A DNA stretch of 64,000 bases from Halieaceae bacterium (GTDB taxonomy: Bacteria; Pseudomonadota; Gammaproteobacteria; Pseudomonadales; Halieaceae): NCBI GenBank assembly GCA_038106565.1, contig JAYOEE010000004.1, positions 14,633 to 78,632 of the forward strand, given 5' to 3'. How positions within the stretch are numbered: the stretch's first letter is position 1; each line of letters begins with the position of its first letter. Below the pieces are notes generated by a model that was not told the origin of the DNA, made no database searches, and saw nothing but the letters and a program-made list of their open reading frames with translations. The position numbers were made by a program, and so were the translations under genes. Shown here piece by piece: positions 11,801 through 20,371 of this stretch.

Positions 11801-12709
11801 CCTCAGAAATATGATTGGGTGAGTAACTGGATGCCTCTTTCCGTATCGGTGAAGGAGGTATACCGAGGCCACACCTCGTTGGGAGCTATCCAATTTGAGG
11901 TGGACGGGGAGCGGGGATGGGAAGTGACACAGGTCCGGGGAGATTTGCTCGGTATCAACTGGGGGGAGGAAAGTCACCTTGTCTGGCGAGCCGATGAAAG
12001 TGAGGAACGCACAGAACTGGTGCTCGCTGCTCAAATACAGGACATATCGGAATCCCTAGAGCTGCTGGGTGTCTCGCCTATTATGGAAACCCGCAGTGGT
12101 GCCCTCGAGGCGAACTGGGAGTGGGAGGGTGGCCCGACAGATTTTGAGCTGCCGGCGGTCGCGGGGACATTAACATTGGATATGCAGTCGGGTTCTTTTA
12201 CGTCCGCCAAGGCTGAAGCGGAGGGCGCGATGAGGTTACTCAGCCTGATGAATCTTTCGGGCCTTTTTCGCCGCGCAAATATCAATCAACTTTTCGATCC
12301 CGGCGTGACATTTGACAGCGCTAGGGGGCGCTTCGAATTTGATCAAGGTATGTTGCGAATTCCCGAGTTTACGGTCGAGGGTTCGGGCGGATATTTCAGT
12401 TTTGTGAGTGAGGTTGATCTGAATAAAGAGCTTCTTGATGGCGAACTGGTAGTCACCTTGCCTCTGGTAGAAAATATTCCTTGGGTGGCCGCGCTGGCTG
12501 GCGGTTTGCCGGTTGCCGCCGGAACCTATCTCGTCAGTAAAGTTTTCGAGGATCAGGTTAATCAATTATCCAGTGGTATTTATTCCGTGAGTGGAAATCT
12601 GGATGATCCGCAAGTTGTCTTTGAAAGGGTCTTCGACGCCAAATCACGGTTGCCAGACAAAACCGATCAAAGTTCGTCGGGATCCTCCGCTGTTAGTGAG
12701 GCAAGATAG
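8879..12709 (+). CDS. yhdP: YhdP-family (AsmA-like, TIGR02099-type) large envelope protein
   Basis: 1276 aa with one N-terminal TM helix. The conserved C-terminal block runs LSLMNLSGLFRR...FDSARGRFEFDQGML...SGNLDDPQV. The position after mreBCD-maf matches the E. coli yhdP neighbourhood. The ATG overlaps the maf stop codon by 8 nt. Confidence 0.8.
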   Translation: MVKAIPRVLGRIIWPALVTSIVVLAIYVSGGRVLMAALPGLQQQMIQALSQQLPFRVSVGAVVGRMDGFSPRIELRDLTVLDEQIGPALSLREASLRIDPWQSLLSGTLRADVVTLIAPKMSRPMREGQRMPEFPEAFWEILNSFGRVQVRDAQLAHQSDSDAKSSPVTFDLDLERERSQRRVRLSVRSGDDVVMTAEGTGTGNPGEITQFSGEIHGAISGQGLSILASNLGVGLDAEGGINFWYGVSEGAPSSVVQVALSNIIFRGDHGGTLDSLSLQSAVRGVPGELEIWLDDILIGLPPGELVALPRIHTVEAAQGWQIRTGTFDVGAVVQVLTRGAFLPEKARNILDTLAPSGRINAMELLLASPSQPLDTWALAADVSDITTAPYRNVPGLAGIDAYLSATERGAVAWIDTDNFSLSLPKVYDRPIQLQKVVGQLAGQWQPDGLFLKDGLFLARAAEYSASVQFEIDIPFSASSSVDREMRLTAAMSEAPIAVRNDYIPHRVPEPTYKWLQKAIGSGTVGSATFLWHGGLGPYGDPGQTMQLVVDMSGVNLDYQEAWPQAVLSNGRLWLNDGLIDIWANSVTLAGIDLENARAGVRLHAGEARLLLGAESQAQLSPLTAAMKKLPALSFARPLLDDLSAQGNARTHLDLSFDLARIRETLSVQVSTSTLGARVSSAFLDLGIEDLEGEIVYDSSRGFEGRGLQAELFGQPIQVDMGPHLASGAGSVLAAQFSVLASVDDILAWRSSAALLPASGSATVHVMTEVAEEITVSVTSNLEGVEVDLPLPWGKGPQTRAPLAIDWSSRGWAPWEVFWFGRLSAVGDFSDPIQPALAIDVTPRTRASKSRLVSPPPGVQVTGLLPSFDPADWLPDLLGSEVIYSELPELHIDQLRIERLLWQGRELGSATLSASVADPVIEADFALPWIRGVLRQWEPIPLADSAAMTAAETRRTLDIEYLDLASVPSSSKQSNPQKYDWVSNWMPLSVSVKEVYRGHTSLGAIQFEVDGERGWEVTQVRGDLLGINWGEESHLVWRADESEERTELVLAAQIQDISESLELLGVSPIMETRSGALEANWEWEGGPTDFELPAVAGTLTLDMQSGSFTSAKAEAEGAMRLLSLMNLSGLFRRANINQLFDPGVTFDSARGRFEFDQGMLRIPEFTVEGSGGYFSFVSEVDLNKELLDGELVVTLPLVENIPWVAALAGGLPVAAGTYLVSKVFEDQVNQLSSGIYSVSGNLDDPQVVFERVFDAKSRLPDKTDQSSSGSSAVSEAR

Positions 12710-13209
12710 CGAAAAAGTTTTCTAGCGTGGGTTTTTTCCCCTCCGCGTTGGGATTCAGAGGCATGTTGCCTAAGGAACTGTCGTATCACCGCAGGTTCGG
12801 CGGAGGGCAATTGGGCTCGCACCTCACCAAGTGCGGCGTCACCCTCGGAAAGAAGCTTGTCTCTCAGCAACTCGACGCGGTGGAAACGAGCGGTCGTCTC
12901 ATGGTGGCGCTGGTCGAGCGCTGCAAGGCCTGCCTCAATCGGAGTGGGGTCCACCGAGCGCATCAATTTGCCAATGTACTGTAATTGCCTTTTCAGTCCG
13001 CCCCTGGCAGTAATTCGCCGCGCTTCTAAGACCGCCTCCTTTAGCCGCGCATCGGGAATGTTGATGGTGCTGAGCTCTGTTTCTGACAGACCGACAAGTC
13101 GCTCGCCCAGAGCTTGCAAAGCAAGCATCTGCCGCTTGCGCTCACTTTTGCTCGGCGGCGGATCGCCCTCGGTGGGCACATTGTTAATGGGCGGACGATC
13201 TTTACCCAT
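12667..13209 (-). CDS. yjgA: ribosome-associated DUF615 protein YjgA (DarP)
   Basis: Start set to ATG 13209 (MGKDRPP...), inside the longer ORF 12667..13374. The region PSKSERKRQMLALQALGERLV...ARRITARGGLKRQLQYIGKLMR matches my recollection of YjgA. It overlaps the mgtE stop codon by 8 nt. Confidence 0.75.
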   Translation of the reverse strand: MGKDRPPINNVPTEGDPPPSKSERKRQMLALQALGERLVGLSETELSTINIPDARLKEAVLEARRITARGGLKRQLQYIGKLMRSVDPTPIEAGLAALDQRHHETTARFHRVELLRDKLLSEGDAALGEVRAQLPSAEPAVIRQFLRQHASESQRGGEKTHARKLFRYLASLTAEDPDEL

Positions 13210-14548
13210 AGAATATCGTTGCGAGCCCCAGGAAGGTGAGGAAGCCCGTGACGTCCGTGATGGTCGTGACGAGAACGCCACCTGCCACTGCGGGGTCCAC
13301 TTTGAGTCGCTCAAGCAACAGGGGAAGACCCGCTCCCGTAATGCCCGCCGTGATGAGATTAAGTAGCATGGCACAGGCGATGATCAGACCAAGGGTCGTA
13401 TCGCCGAACCACAAAGAAGCAGCAATCGCCGCCACGACAGACCATACGATTCCATTTAGCAGTCCTACCAATGACTCACGGCCCACTAACCAAAGTTGAT
13501 TTCTATCATTGATATGGCCCATGGCCATCGCGCGAATGAGAATTGTCAGGCTCTGTGTGCCAGCGATACCACCCATAGAGGCAACGATGGGCATCAGCAC
13601 GGCCAACGCCACGACTTTTTCAATTGTGCCCTGAAAAAGATTGATGACGGAGGAGGCGAGCAATGCTGTAGCCAGATTGATTGCTAACCAGATGCCACGT
13701 CTGGGAGCTGATTGCCATACCGTGGCAAACGTATCTTCTTCGGCGAGCCCGGCGAGAGAGGTCAAAGAGTGATCCGCCTCCTCCTTTATGACGTCGACAA
13801 CATCGTCGATGGTAATCCGCCCAAGGAGCTTGCCCTGGTCATCGACAACCGGAGCTGAAACCCAGTCATTTCTCTCAAATCGTCTGGCGACCTCTGTGGC
13901 AGCGGTGTTAACCTCGATCGCTTCTTGATCGGTGATCATCATCTCGCGGACTGAAACGGCTGGATCGGATACGACAACGGTGCGGATAGGGAGTAGCCCG
14001 ACAAATCGATCAGATCGGTTGACGACAATGAGATTATCGGTGCTGGGAGGCAGTTCCACATGGCGGCGCAAATAACGCAAAACCACGTCCATGGTGAGGT
14101 CAGCGCGAATAGTGATGGTGTCGGTGCTCATCAGGCCGCCTGCAACATCATCTGGATAGCTGAGCACCGCCTGAATTCTCTGGCGATACTGCTCATCCAT
14201 GATTGCCAGAACTTGGCCGGTAATATCCTCCGGTAATTCATGCAGTATGTCGGCAACGTCATCATCATCAAGTTGCTCAACCAGACCAGCCAGCGCTTCG
14301 GGCGCTCGGTCAATCAGTGCGGCATTGCGGAGTTCCTCGGGAAGCTCATTGACGATCAAAGCCTCCTGCTCACGCTCAAGCAGCCCAAGCAGCAGGTCTC
14401 TGTCGTCGGGTGGCGATGAGCTGATGAGATAAGCGACATCACCCGGTGACATCTCGGCCAAAATACCCGCCGCATCGGCCAGAGCGCCGGCGCGCAGGGC
14501 GATGTCTATACGCTCAGTTTTAGACGGGTAGTCCGCAGAAGATTTCAC
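13202..14548 (-). CDS. mgtE: magnesium transporter MgtE
   Basis: 448 aa with an acidic N-domain, a tandem CBS region and a C-terminal 5-TM domain (GGIAGTQSL, VTTITDVTGF). GTG start preceded by GGAGG. Confidence 0.9.
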   Translation of the reverse strand: MKSSADYPSKTERIDIALRAGALADAAGILAEMSPGDVAYLISSSPPDDRDLLLGLLEREQEALIVNELPEELRNAALIDRAPEALAGLVEQLDDDDVADILHELPEDITGQVLAIMDEQYRQRIQAVLSYPDDVAGGLMSTDTITIRADLTMDVVLRYLRRHVELPPSTDNLIVVNRSDRFVGLLPIRTVVVSDPAVSVREMMITDQEAIEVNTAATEVARRFERNDWVSAPVVDDQGKLLGRITIDDVVDVIKEEADHSLTSLAGLAEEDTFATVWQSAPRRGIWLAINLATALLASSVINLFQGTIEKVVALAVLMPIVASMGGIAGTQSLTILIRAMAMGHINDRNQLWLVGRESLVGLLNGIVWSVVAAIAASLWFGDTTLGLIIACAMLLNLITAGITGAGLPLLLERLKVDPAVAGGVLVTTITDVTGFLTFLGLATIFYG

Positions 14549-14622
14549 TGGAGGCCTCCATTCGTGACGACATTATCCGTGCTCTGGAGGGAAGGTCTAG
14601 CCAGCTTGGACCTGTTTGTGAC

Positions 14623-14892
14623 TTATTCTAGCTCACCGAAACCGGATTCGAAGAGTTGCTCCAGCGCTGCGAGCGCAGCCCCCTCGTCCTCGCCAGAAAT
14701 GTGTAGTTCCAACTCGGCCCCCATGGGTGCCGCTAGCATGAGTACTGACATAATGCTCTTAGCGTCAATATTCTTGTCTTGATAATTGAGTTTGACGTCA
14801 CTGCTAAAGCGGCTTGCGCAGTCTACAAGTTTTGCTGCTGGGCGAGCGTGCAGGCCGAGTGGGTTGATAACAGTAATTTTTGAAACGGTCAT
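14623..14892 (-). CDS. ptsO: HPr-like phosphocarrier NPr of the nitrogen PTS
   Basis: 89 aa with the active-site context NPLGLHARPA. Located directly after rapZ. Confidence 0.9.
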   Translation of the reverse strand: MTVSKITVINPLGLHARPAAKLVDCASRFSSDVKLNYQDKNIDAKSIMSVLMLAAPMGAELELHISGEDEGAALAALEQLFESGFGELE

Positions 14893-15764
14893 GCCGCAGC
14901 CTGCTCAACGAGGTGGCGATGTCGCAACCTTGCTCCGCGGTAGAGAGGCAAGATCTCCTGATGCAATCTTTCAGCCAGGTAGACCGATCGGTGCTGACCC
15001 CCAGTGCAGCCAACAGCAATAGTCAGGTAGCTTCTATCGCTTTGATCGAAATCCGGCAGGCTTTCAAACACAAAAAGGCGGACACGTTTGTACAGCGCTG
15101 CGGTCCGCGGATCTGCTTCCAGAAATTGGCGGATCGGCTCGTCCTTTCCGGTGAGATGCCTCAGGTCATCCACCCAGTAGGGATTGGGTAGTGCGCGAGC
15201 ATCGAACACGAGATCAGCATCGGTAGGGACGCCTTTTTTAAAGGCGAAGGACTCAATGGTGATAGAGAGACCGTCTCTTTGCTCGATAATGCGACTGCTA
15301 ATGGTATCTCTCAAAGCGCTGGGAGACAGATCAGTGGTATCAATCAATAAATCGGCTTGCGCCGCGATGAATTCTAGATGTTGTCTTTCTCGCGCGATGG
15401 CCTCAGGAAGCGAATTGTTAGGGCCGGCCAGAGGGTGTCTTCTGCGGGTTTCACTGAAGCGTTTTAGCAGAACGTGGGGTTGCGCGTCCAAGAACAGAAG
15501 CAGGCTTCCCTCTGACTGGAGCGTCTCCTTGATGGATTCGGATTCAGTAGCGCGATCAAGGCTCGTGGCGCGAGCGTCGACACAGACAGCGATGCCCTTG
15601 AATTGCCCATATTCCCCGTGGGCGTTCACTTCTCTGGCAAATTCACCGAGAAGACGGGGGGGGAGGTTGTCTACACAGTAGTAGCCTTCGTCCTCCAACA
15701 GCTTCAACGCGCTACTCTTCCCAGCGCCTGAGCTGCCGCTTATGACAATCATCCGCGGCGTCAC
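14889..15764 (-). CDS. rapZ: RNase adapter protein RapZ (YhbJ)
   Basis: 291 aa with Walker A GSSGAGKSSAL and C-terminal CTGGQHRSV. Located in the rpoN-operon context. Confidence 0.95.
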   Translation of the reverse strand: MTPRMIVISGSSGAGKSSALKLLEDEGYYCVDNLPPRLLGEFAREVNAHGEYGQFKGIAVCVDARATSLDRATESESIKETLQSEGSLLLFLDAQPHVLLKRFSETRRRHPLAGPNNSLPEAIARERQHLEFIAAQADLLIDTTDLSPSALRDTISSRIIEQRDGLSITIESFAFKKGVPTDADLVFDARALPNPYWVDDLRHLTGKDEPIRQFLEADPRTAALYKRVRLFVFESLPDFDQSDRSYLTIAVGCTGGQHRSVYLAERLHQEILPLYRGARLRHRHLVEQAAA

Positions 15765-16222
15765 GGCGCCCGACTGTCCATGACGATGCTAGCCAGCTGC
15801 TGCGCATCAGTAGCCGTTCTCAAGGCGCCGCGAGTTGCTTCCTCGGATAGGATTGTGGCAATGAAAGACAGCAACTTGAGATGTTCGTCCGTGGCCTCTT
15901 TAGGCACCAGCAGCACAAAAAAGATGTCCACATCTCTGCTATCGGGCGAAGAAAACTCTATGGGGTGGGATAGCGTAATCAGTAAGCCCACTGGCTCCCG
16001 ACAATCTTCGATGCGGCAATGCGGGATTGCCACCCCTTCGCCAATCGCCGTGCTACCTAATTTCTCTCTGGCCAGTAATTCGCGGTAAACCGTTTCTTGT
16101 GGCAACTGGAACGCCTGCTGACACACCTCAGCGACTTTCTCGAATAATCGTTTTTGACTCTGAAACGACTCCTGGCACAAGGTCAAAAATTGCGCGAGCG
16201 GGAACTCCGATTGGGACGGCAT
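15761..16222 (-). CDS. ptsN: nitrogen PTS enzyme IIA (EIIA-Ntr)
   Basis: 153 aa with the phosphorylation-site context GEGVAIPHCR. Confidence 0.9.
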   Translation of the reverse strand: MPSQSEFPLAQFLTLCQESFQSQKRLFEKVAEVCQQAFQLPQETVYRELLAREKLGSTAIGEGVAIPHCRIEDCREPVGLLITLSHPIEFSSPDSRDVDIFFVLLVPKEATDEHLKLLSFIATILSEEATRGALRTATDAQQLASIVMDSRAP

Positions 16223-16225
16223 TTT

Positions 16226-16513
16226 TCAGTGACCCCTGTGCTTTTCCTTTTGCTTGATGACTTGCCGGTCCAGTTTTGCAGCCAGAGAGTCGATGGCAGC
16301 GTACATATCATCTGATTCTGAGGAGGCAAAGAGATCAGCGCCCGCAACGTGAAGATTGGCCTCAGCCTTGTGCTGGTGTTTCTCCACAATCAGGGTTACT
16401 TCGATGCTTGTGATGTGGTCTCCGTGGCGTTGGATCGCCGCGAACTTATCTTCTACGTGGCCGCGGATTGCTGGAGTCACATCCAAATGATGCCCGCTAA
16501 TTGTCAGATTCAT
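16226..16513 (-). CDS. hpf: ribosome hibernation promoting factor (short HPF/YhbH type)
   Basis: 95 aa beginning MNLTISGHHLDVTPAIRGHVEDKF. Located immediately downstream of rpoN. Confidence 0.9.
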   Translation of the reverse strand: MNLTISGHHLDVTPAIRGHVEDKFAAIQRHGDHITSIEVTLIVEKHQHKAEANLHVAGADLFASSESDDMYAAIDSLAAKLDRQVIKQKEKHRGH

Positions 16514-16543
16514 TCCAAACTCCTGAAGGATACTAGGTTGATT

Positions 16544-17941
16544 TCAGTTTAGACGCTTGCGTTCGTTTGAGGGAGGGATCGATATTTGCTCCCTGTATTT
16601 GGCGATGGTTCTCCTGGCAACGGTCATACCTTGTTCCCCGAGGAGCGCGCATAGCTTCGAGTCACTCAATGGTTTTCTGGGGTTTTCTTCTCCCACGAGA
16701 CGCTTGATTGCAGCCTTTATAGCTGTGGAGGAACTGTCGCCGCCATCGTCCCCCGACACTCTGCTTGAAAAGAAATATTTCAATTCAAATGTGCCCCTCG
16801 GCGTATGCATGTACTTTCTCGTGGTCGCCCGTGAAACCGTGGACTCGTGAAGATCCACCTCTGAAGCAATTTCCGCCAGCACCAATGGGCGCATGGCAAT
16901 CTCGCCGAGTTCGAGAAAACCTCTCTGGTGCTCAACGATTTTAGTTGCCACCTTTAGCAGGGTTTCATTTCGGCTTTGCAGGCTCTTCATAAACCACCTC
17001 GCCTCCTGCAAGTGTTCTTTGACATAACCCCTGTCGGCCGCACTGCCGCCGTTCAATGCTGATACATAATGCTCATTGACCCTTATTTTTGGGGCGATTT
17101 CGGGGTTCAGTTCGACCAGCCACCGGCCATTTTGCTGCCGGACAAAGACGTCCGGCGTGACATATTCGGTTTGATTACCACCAATTCTGGCGCCCGGAGT
17201 GGGGTCTAGCGATCTAATGAGCGCAATCGCCGCTTCAAGTTCGGGTTCGGTGGTTCGGAGTTTTCTCGCGAGCTGCCTCGGCGGCGCGGTCGGAAGCTGC
17301 GCGAGGTGTCGGCTAACCAAGGCGCCGGCGAGATCTCGATAAGGTGTAGAGCCCGGGAGCTGGCGTAGCTGTATCAGTAGACACTCGCGCAGATCCTCTG
17401 CGAAAACGCCGGCCGGCTCGAAGTGTTGTAACCGGTGTAACACAGCCACCACTTCCTCGAGCTCGACATCTTCGAGCTGCATATCACTGTGAATGCTTTC
17501 CGGGCTTTGCGTCAGGCGACCATCAGCGTCTACGGCGTCGATCAAGGTCAGCGCGATCAGGCGATCAATGTCAGACAGGCGCGTGAGATTCAGCTGCCAA
17601 CGCAGATGATCCTGTAGAGACTCTTCTGCCGAATCCCGTTCGGTAAAATCATTGTCCGGCGCTGCGACAGTCGGCGGTGGAGCGGAAGACGGCAGAACGT
17701 CTTCCCAAGCGGCATCGACCGCCAATTCCTCGGGGGCATCGTCACCAGCTGATTCCTGACTGAAGTCCGAGCCTTCTGGCTCCGCGTCGCTCTCAAGTTC
17801 GAGCAGCGCATTTGACTCCAGTGTTTCTTCAATTATCTGTTGTAGGTCGACCGTGCTCATCTGCAACAGTTTTATGGCTTGCTGCAGTTGTGGCGTGAGG
17901 GCAAGTTGTTGGCCCAGTTTGAGCTGTAGCGCTTGTTTCAT
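16544..17941 (-). CDS. rpoN: RNA polymerase sigma-54 factor
   Basis: 465 aa with a Gln/Leu-rich region I, an acidic region II and the RpoN box ARRTIAKYR. Confidence 0.97.
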   Translation of the reverse strand: MKQALQLKLGQQLALTPQLQQAIKLLQMSTVDLQQIIEETLESNALLELESDAEPEGSDFSQESAGDDAPEELAVDAAWEDVLPSSAPPPTVAAPDNDFTERDSAEESLQDHLRWQLNLTRLSDIDRLIALTLIDAVDADGRLTQSPESIHSDMQLEDVELEEVVAVLHRLQHFEPAGVFAEDLRECLLIQLRQLPGSTPYRDLAGALVSRHLAQLPTAPPRQLARKLRTTEPELEAAIALIRSLDPTPGARIGGNQTEYVTPDVFVRQQNGRWLVELNPEIAPKIRVNEHYVSALNGGSAADRGYVKEHLQEARWFMKSLQSRNETLLKVATKIVEHQRGFLELGEIAMRPLVLAEIASEVDLHESTVSRATTRKYMHTPRGTFELKYFFSSRVSGDDGGDSSSTAIKAAIKRLVGEENPRKPLSDSKLCALLGEQGMTVARRTIAKYREQISIPPSNERKRLN

Positions 17942-18003
17942 TCTGGCCGCCGATCCCCCATACGCTCAAAGTTTAGCGCCGCTCCGGCGAGATTGGAACA
18001 AAT

Positions 18004-18019
18004 TGGCAAGGAACTTGCT
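18004..18019 (+). promoter_or_regulatory. sigma-54 (-24/-12) promoter-like motif TGGCAAGGAACTTGCT, oriented away from rpoN
   Basis: It matches TGGCACG-N4-TTGCW at every fixed position except one. It lies in the 119-bp lptB-rpoN spacer on the strand opposite both genes. Chance occurrence cannot be excluded. Confidence 0.3.
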
Positions 18020-18060
18020 GAGCCATAAAGATGACGTTTCACCTTGCGAGTGAGACGAAT

Positions 18061-18789
18061 CTACAAGGAAAAGTGGTCGCCTAAATAGGTGCTGCGAACT
18101 TTTTGGTCTGCCATCACTTCAGTAGGGGTGCCCGAAGCAATCACATGCCCTTCGCCCACGATGTAGGCCCGTTCACAGATATCTAGGGTTTCCCGAACAT
18201 TGTGGTCGGTGATCAATACACCGATCCCACGGGATTTGAGTTGCTTGATCACATCCTTGATATCGGTGATTGAGATCGGGTCCACCCCCGCAAAGGGCTC
18301 GTCCAACAGAATGAAGGTGGGTTCGGTTGCTAAAGCCCGGGCAATTTCAACGCGCCGTCTCTCTCCCCCGGACAACGACTGACCCAGAGAATCGGCCAGG
18401 TGTCCCACGTTGAATTCATCGAGGAGCGCCTGAGCGGTGGCCAGACGCTGTGAGCGCTGCAGGTCACGCCGGGTTTCCAGAATGGCAAGCAGATTGTCGC
18501 GAACCGAAAGCTGTCTGAATATAGAGGCTTCTTGAGGAAGGTAACCGATGCCAGCTTGTGCTCTTTTGTGCATCGGTAGACTGGTGAGCGACCGATCATC
18601 GAGACAGATATCGCCTGCGTCTGCATCCACTAAGCCGACGATCATATAGAAGCAAGTAGTCTTACCAGCGCCATTTGGGCCCAGTAAGCCAACGATTTCT
18701 CCTGCGCTCAACTGCAGGGAGACATCTTTGACGACCGCTCTACCTGAGTAGGTTTTCGCGAGCTGAGTGGCGCTGAGAGTGCTAGTCAT
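18061..18789 (-). CDS. lptB: LPS export ABC transporter ATPase LptB
   Basis: Start set to ATG 18789 ([14 protein letters not shown]). It has Walker [10 protein letters not shown], the ABC signature LSGGERRR and Walker B ILLDEP. It overlaps lptA by 8 nt. Confidence 0.95.
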   Translation of the reverse strand: MTSTLSATQLAKTYSGRAVVKDVSLQLSAGEIVGLLGPNGAGKTTCFYMIVGLVDADAGDICLDDRSLTSLPMHKRAQAGIGYLPQEASIFRQLSVRDNLLAILETRRDLQRSQRLATAQALLDEFNVGHLADSLGQSLSGGERRRVEIARALATEPTFILLDEPFAGVDPISITDIKDVIKQLKSRGIGVLITDHNVRETLDICERAYIVGEGHVIASGTPTEVMADQKVRSTYLGDHFSL

Positions 18790-19330
18790 CGGCCGATGAC
18801 CGCCGAAGATTCTCAGGCGGTATGACGACCTCCACACGCCCTTCGCCAGCTGAGTCTGCGGAGCCAGCTGCTTTGACTTTACGCTGAGTCACAAGGTAGT
18901 CGATCTGCTCACCCGACAGAATCGATCCGTCTTGCGATATGCGCGCAGCACCTCGTAAACGAACAAGATCCCTCGAGCGCAGATACACAATGCGATCGGC
19001 AGAAGCGTCGACGGGTTGCTGATCTGGCGCTGGCTGCTGCACAAGCGTTGCGGGTTGACCCACTGCTACTATCTTGTCCGCGTCGCCCTCGTCGTGCTGG
19101 ACGGCTATGCGATCTGCGGTAATTCGCAGAGATCCTTGAGTCAGAATGACGTTACCTTCATATCGCGTTTCTCCAGAGCTCTCGTCGCGCACTGCCATAT
19201 CAGCCACAATCTGTATGGGCTGGTTTTTGTCGGAATCCAAAGCCGAGACACCCACGCTGGTGAGCAGCGTAAGGGCGAAGTAGATCCGCACAATCAGTGG
19301 CCATGCGCTACTCATAATCAGTCCGCACAT
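18782..19330 (-). CDS. lptA: LPS transport periplasmic protein LptA
   Basis: OstA-like protein with a signal peptide, placed between lptC and lptB. The start is ambiguous: ATG 19330 has AAGGG upstream, while ATG 19315 overlaps the lptC stop by 8 nt. Confidence 0.85.
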   Translation of the reverse strand: MCGLIMSSAWPLIVRIYFALTLLTSVGVSALDSDKNQPIQIVADMAVRDESSGETRYEGNVILTQGSLRITADRIAVQHDEGDADKIVAVGQPATLVQQPAPDQQPVDASADRIVYLRSRDLVRLRGAARISQDGSILSGEQIDYLVTQRKVKAAGSADSAGEGRVEVVIPPENLRRSSADD

Positions 19331-19847
19331 TGCCCTTGAGCGTGGCAGTGTTGGTAGCCAGATCCAGTTCAAACCCATCCCCAACGGTTTTGCTACCCTG
19401 ACCCGTCAGGAGCACCGTTTGGTTTCCTGTAGCGCGTTTATTGGCCAAGAAGAGATGCGCTGAGGGCGTGGTCATCATCGCCGCGCGACTGATTTCGTTG
19501 ATTTCAACTCCGTCAGTCAGCAACAGCTCGTCTGCGTCCTCTAAAAAGGTTCCCCGCGACGCCTGAATGTCCCACAGCGTCTCATTTTTGCCACTAGCTC
19601 GGTAGCGAATCCCCCTCAGGGCACTCTCGTGGCTGTTCACTTCGCGAACTGCGCTGTCTATCTCAAGGCGTTCTGCCATCTCGCCACTCGCCGCATACTG
19701 GGTTAGCACCCCGGCTTGAAGATAAGTTTCGACTACCGCGCGACTTTCTGCCGCCACTGCGCTCTTCTCGCCGGCTTCTCGTGATAAAGAGTCCCAGATT
19801 CCAGCTGCCACACCTATTGCCAGCAAAAGCAGTGCTGCCAGTCTCAT
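19308..19847 (-). CDS. lptC: LPS export system protein LptC
   Basis: 179 aa with an N-terminal anchor MRLAALLLLAIGVAAG. The position between kdsC and lptA is canonical. Confidence 0.85.
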   Translation of the reverse strand: MRLAALLLLAIGVAAGIWDSLSREAGEKSAVAAESRAVVETYLQAGVLTQYAASGEMAERLEIDSAVREVNSHESALRGIRYRASGKNETLWDIQASRGTFLEDADELLLTDGVEINEISRAAMMTTPSAHLFLANKRATGNQTVLLTGQGSKTVGDGFELDLATNTATLKGNVRTDYE

Positions 19848-20371
19848 TGATAGCGCTCCACTGCCTCGCGCAATTTACCCTGAGACTCCAGAATAAACTC
19901 GCTCAATGCGCGAACCGCACCGCATCCTCCGGCACAGGGGGAGACCCAATCCGCAATGTCCAGAACAGCTTTGGCTGCGTCACTCGGGCAGGTCGCAAGC
20001 CCTACCATTTTTAATGCACTGATATCGGGCAGATCGTCACCCATGTAGGCAACAGCGGATGGATTGACGTTGACACTGTCGAGAAGTTCGCAGAGCGCAG
20101 CGCCTTTGTCCTCTCGGCCTTGCACCGACATCTCTATGCCGAGCTCTGCGGCACGCCTCTGCACGGCCTGGGATGTGCGGCCTGTGATGATCGCAACAGG
20201 GATGCCCGCATGCTGAAGTAATTTGATACCCAGACCATCTTTGATGTTGAAGGCCTTGATCTCGCCGTCTTGGTCCTCACCGTAAAGCAGTGTGCCGTCG
20301 GTGAGCACCCCGTCAACGTCGAGGACGACCAGTTGCACCGCTTCAGCAATTTGGGCCGCTCGACCGGTCAT
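19844..20371 (-). CDS. kdsC: 3-deoxy-D-manno-octulosonate 8-phosphate phosphatase
   Basis: HAD motif I VVLDVDGVLTDG and a C-terminal GDDLPD. Confidence 0.92.
   Translation of the reverse strand: MTGRAAQIAEAVQLVVLDVDGVLTDGTLLYGEDQDGEIKAFNIKDGLGIKLLQHAGIPVAIITGRTSQAVQRRAAELGIEMSVQGREDKGAALCELLDSVNVNPSAVAYMGDDLPDISALKMVGLATCPSDAAKAVLDIADWVSPCAGGCGAVRALSEFILESQGKLREAVERYQ

Noticed and set aside
18031-18084. 17-codon ORF ([17 protein letters not shown]) downstream of the sigma-54-like motif.
   Set aside because: It has no SD, it overlaps the lptB stop region in antisense, and it is too short and featureless to call as a gene without expression data.
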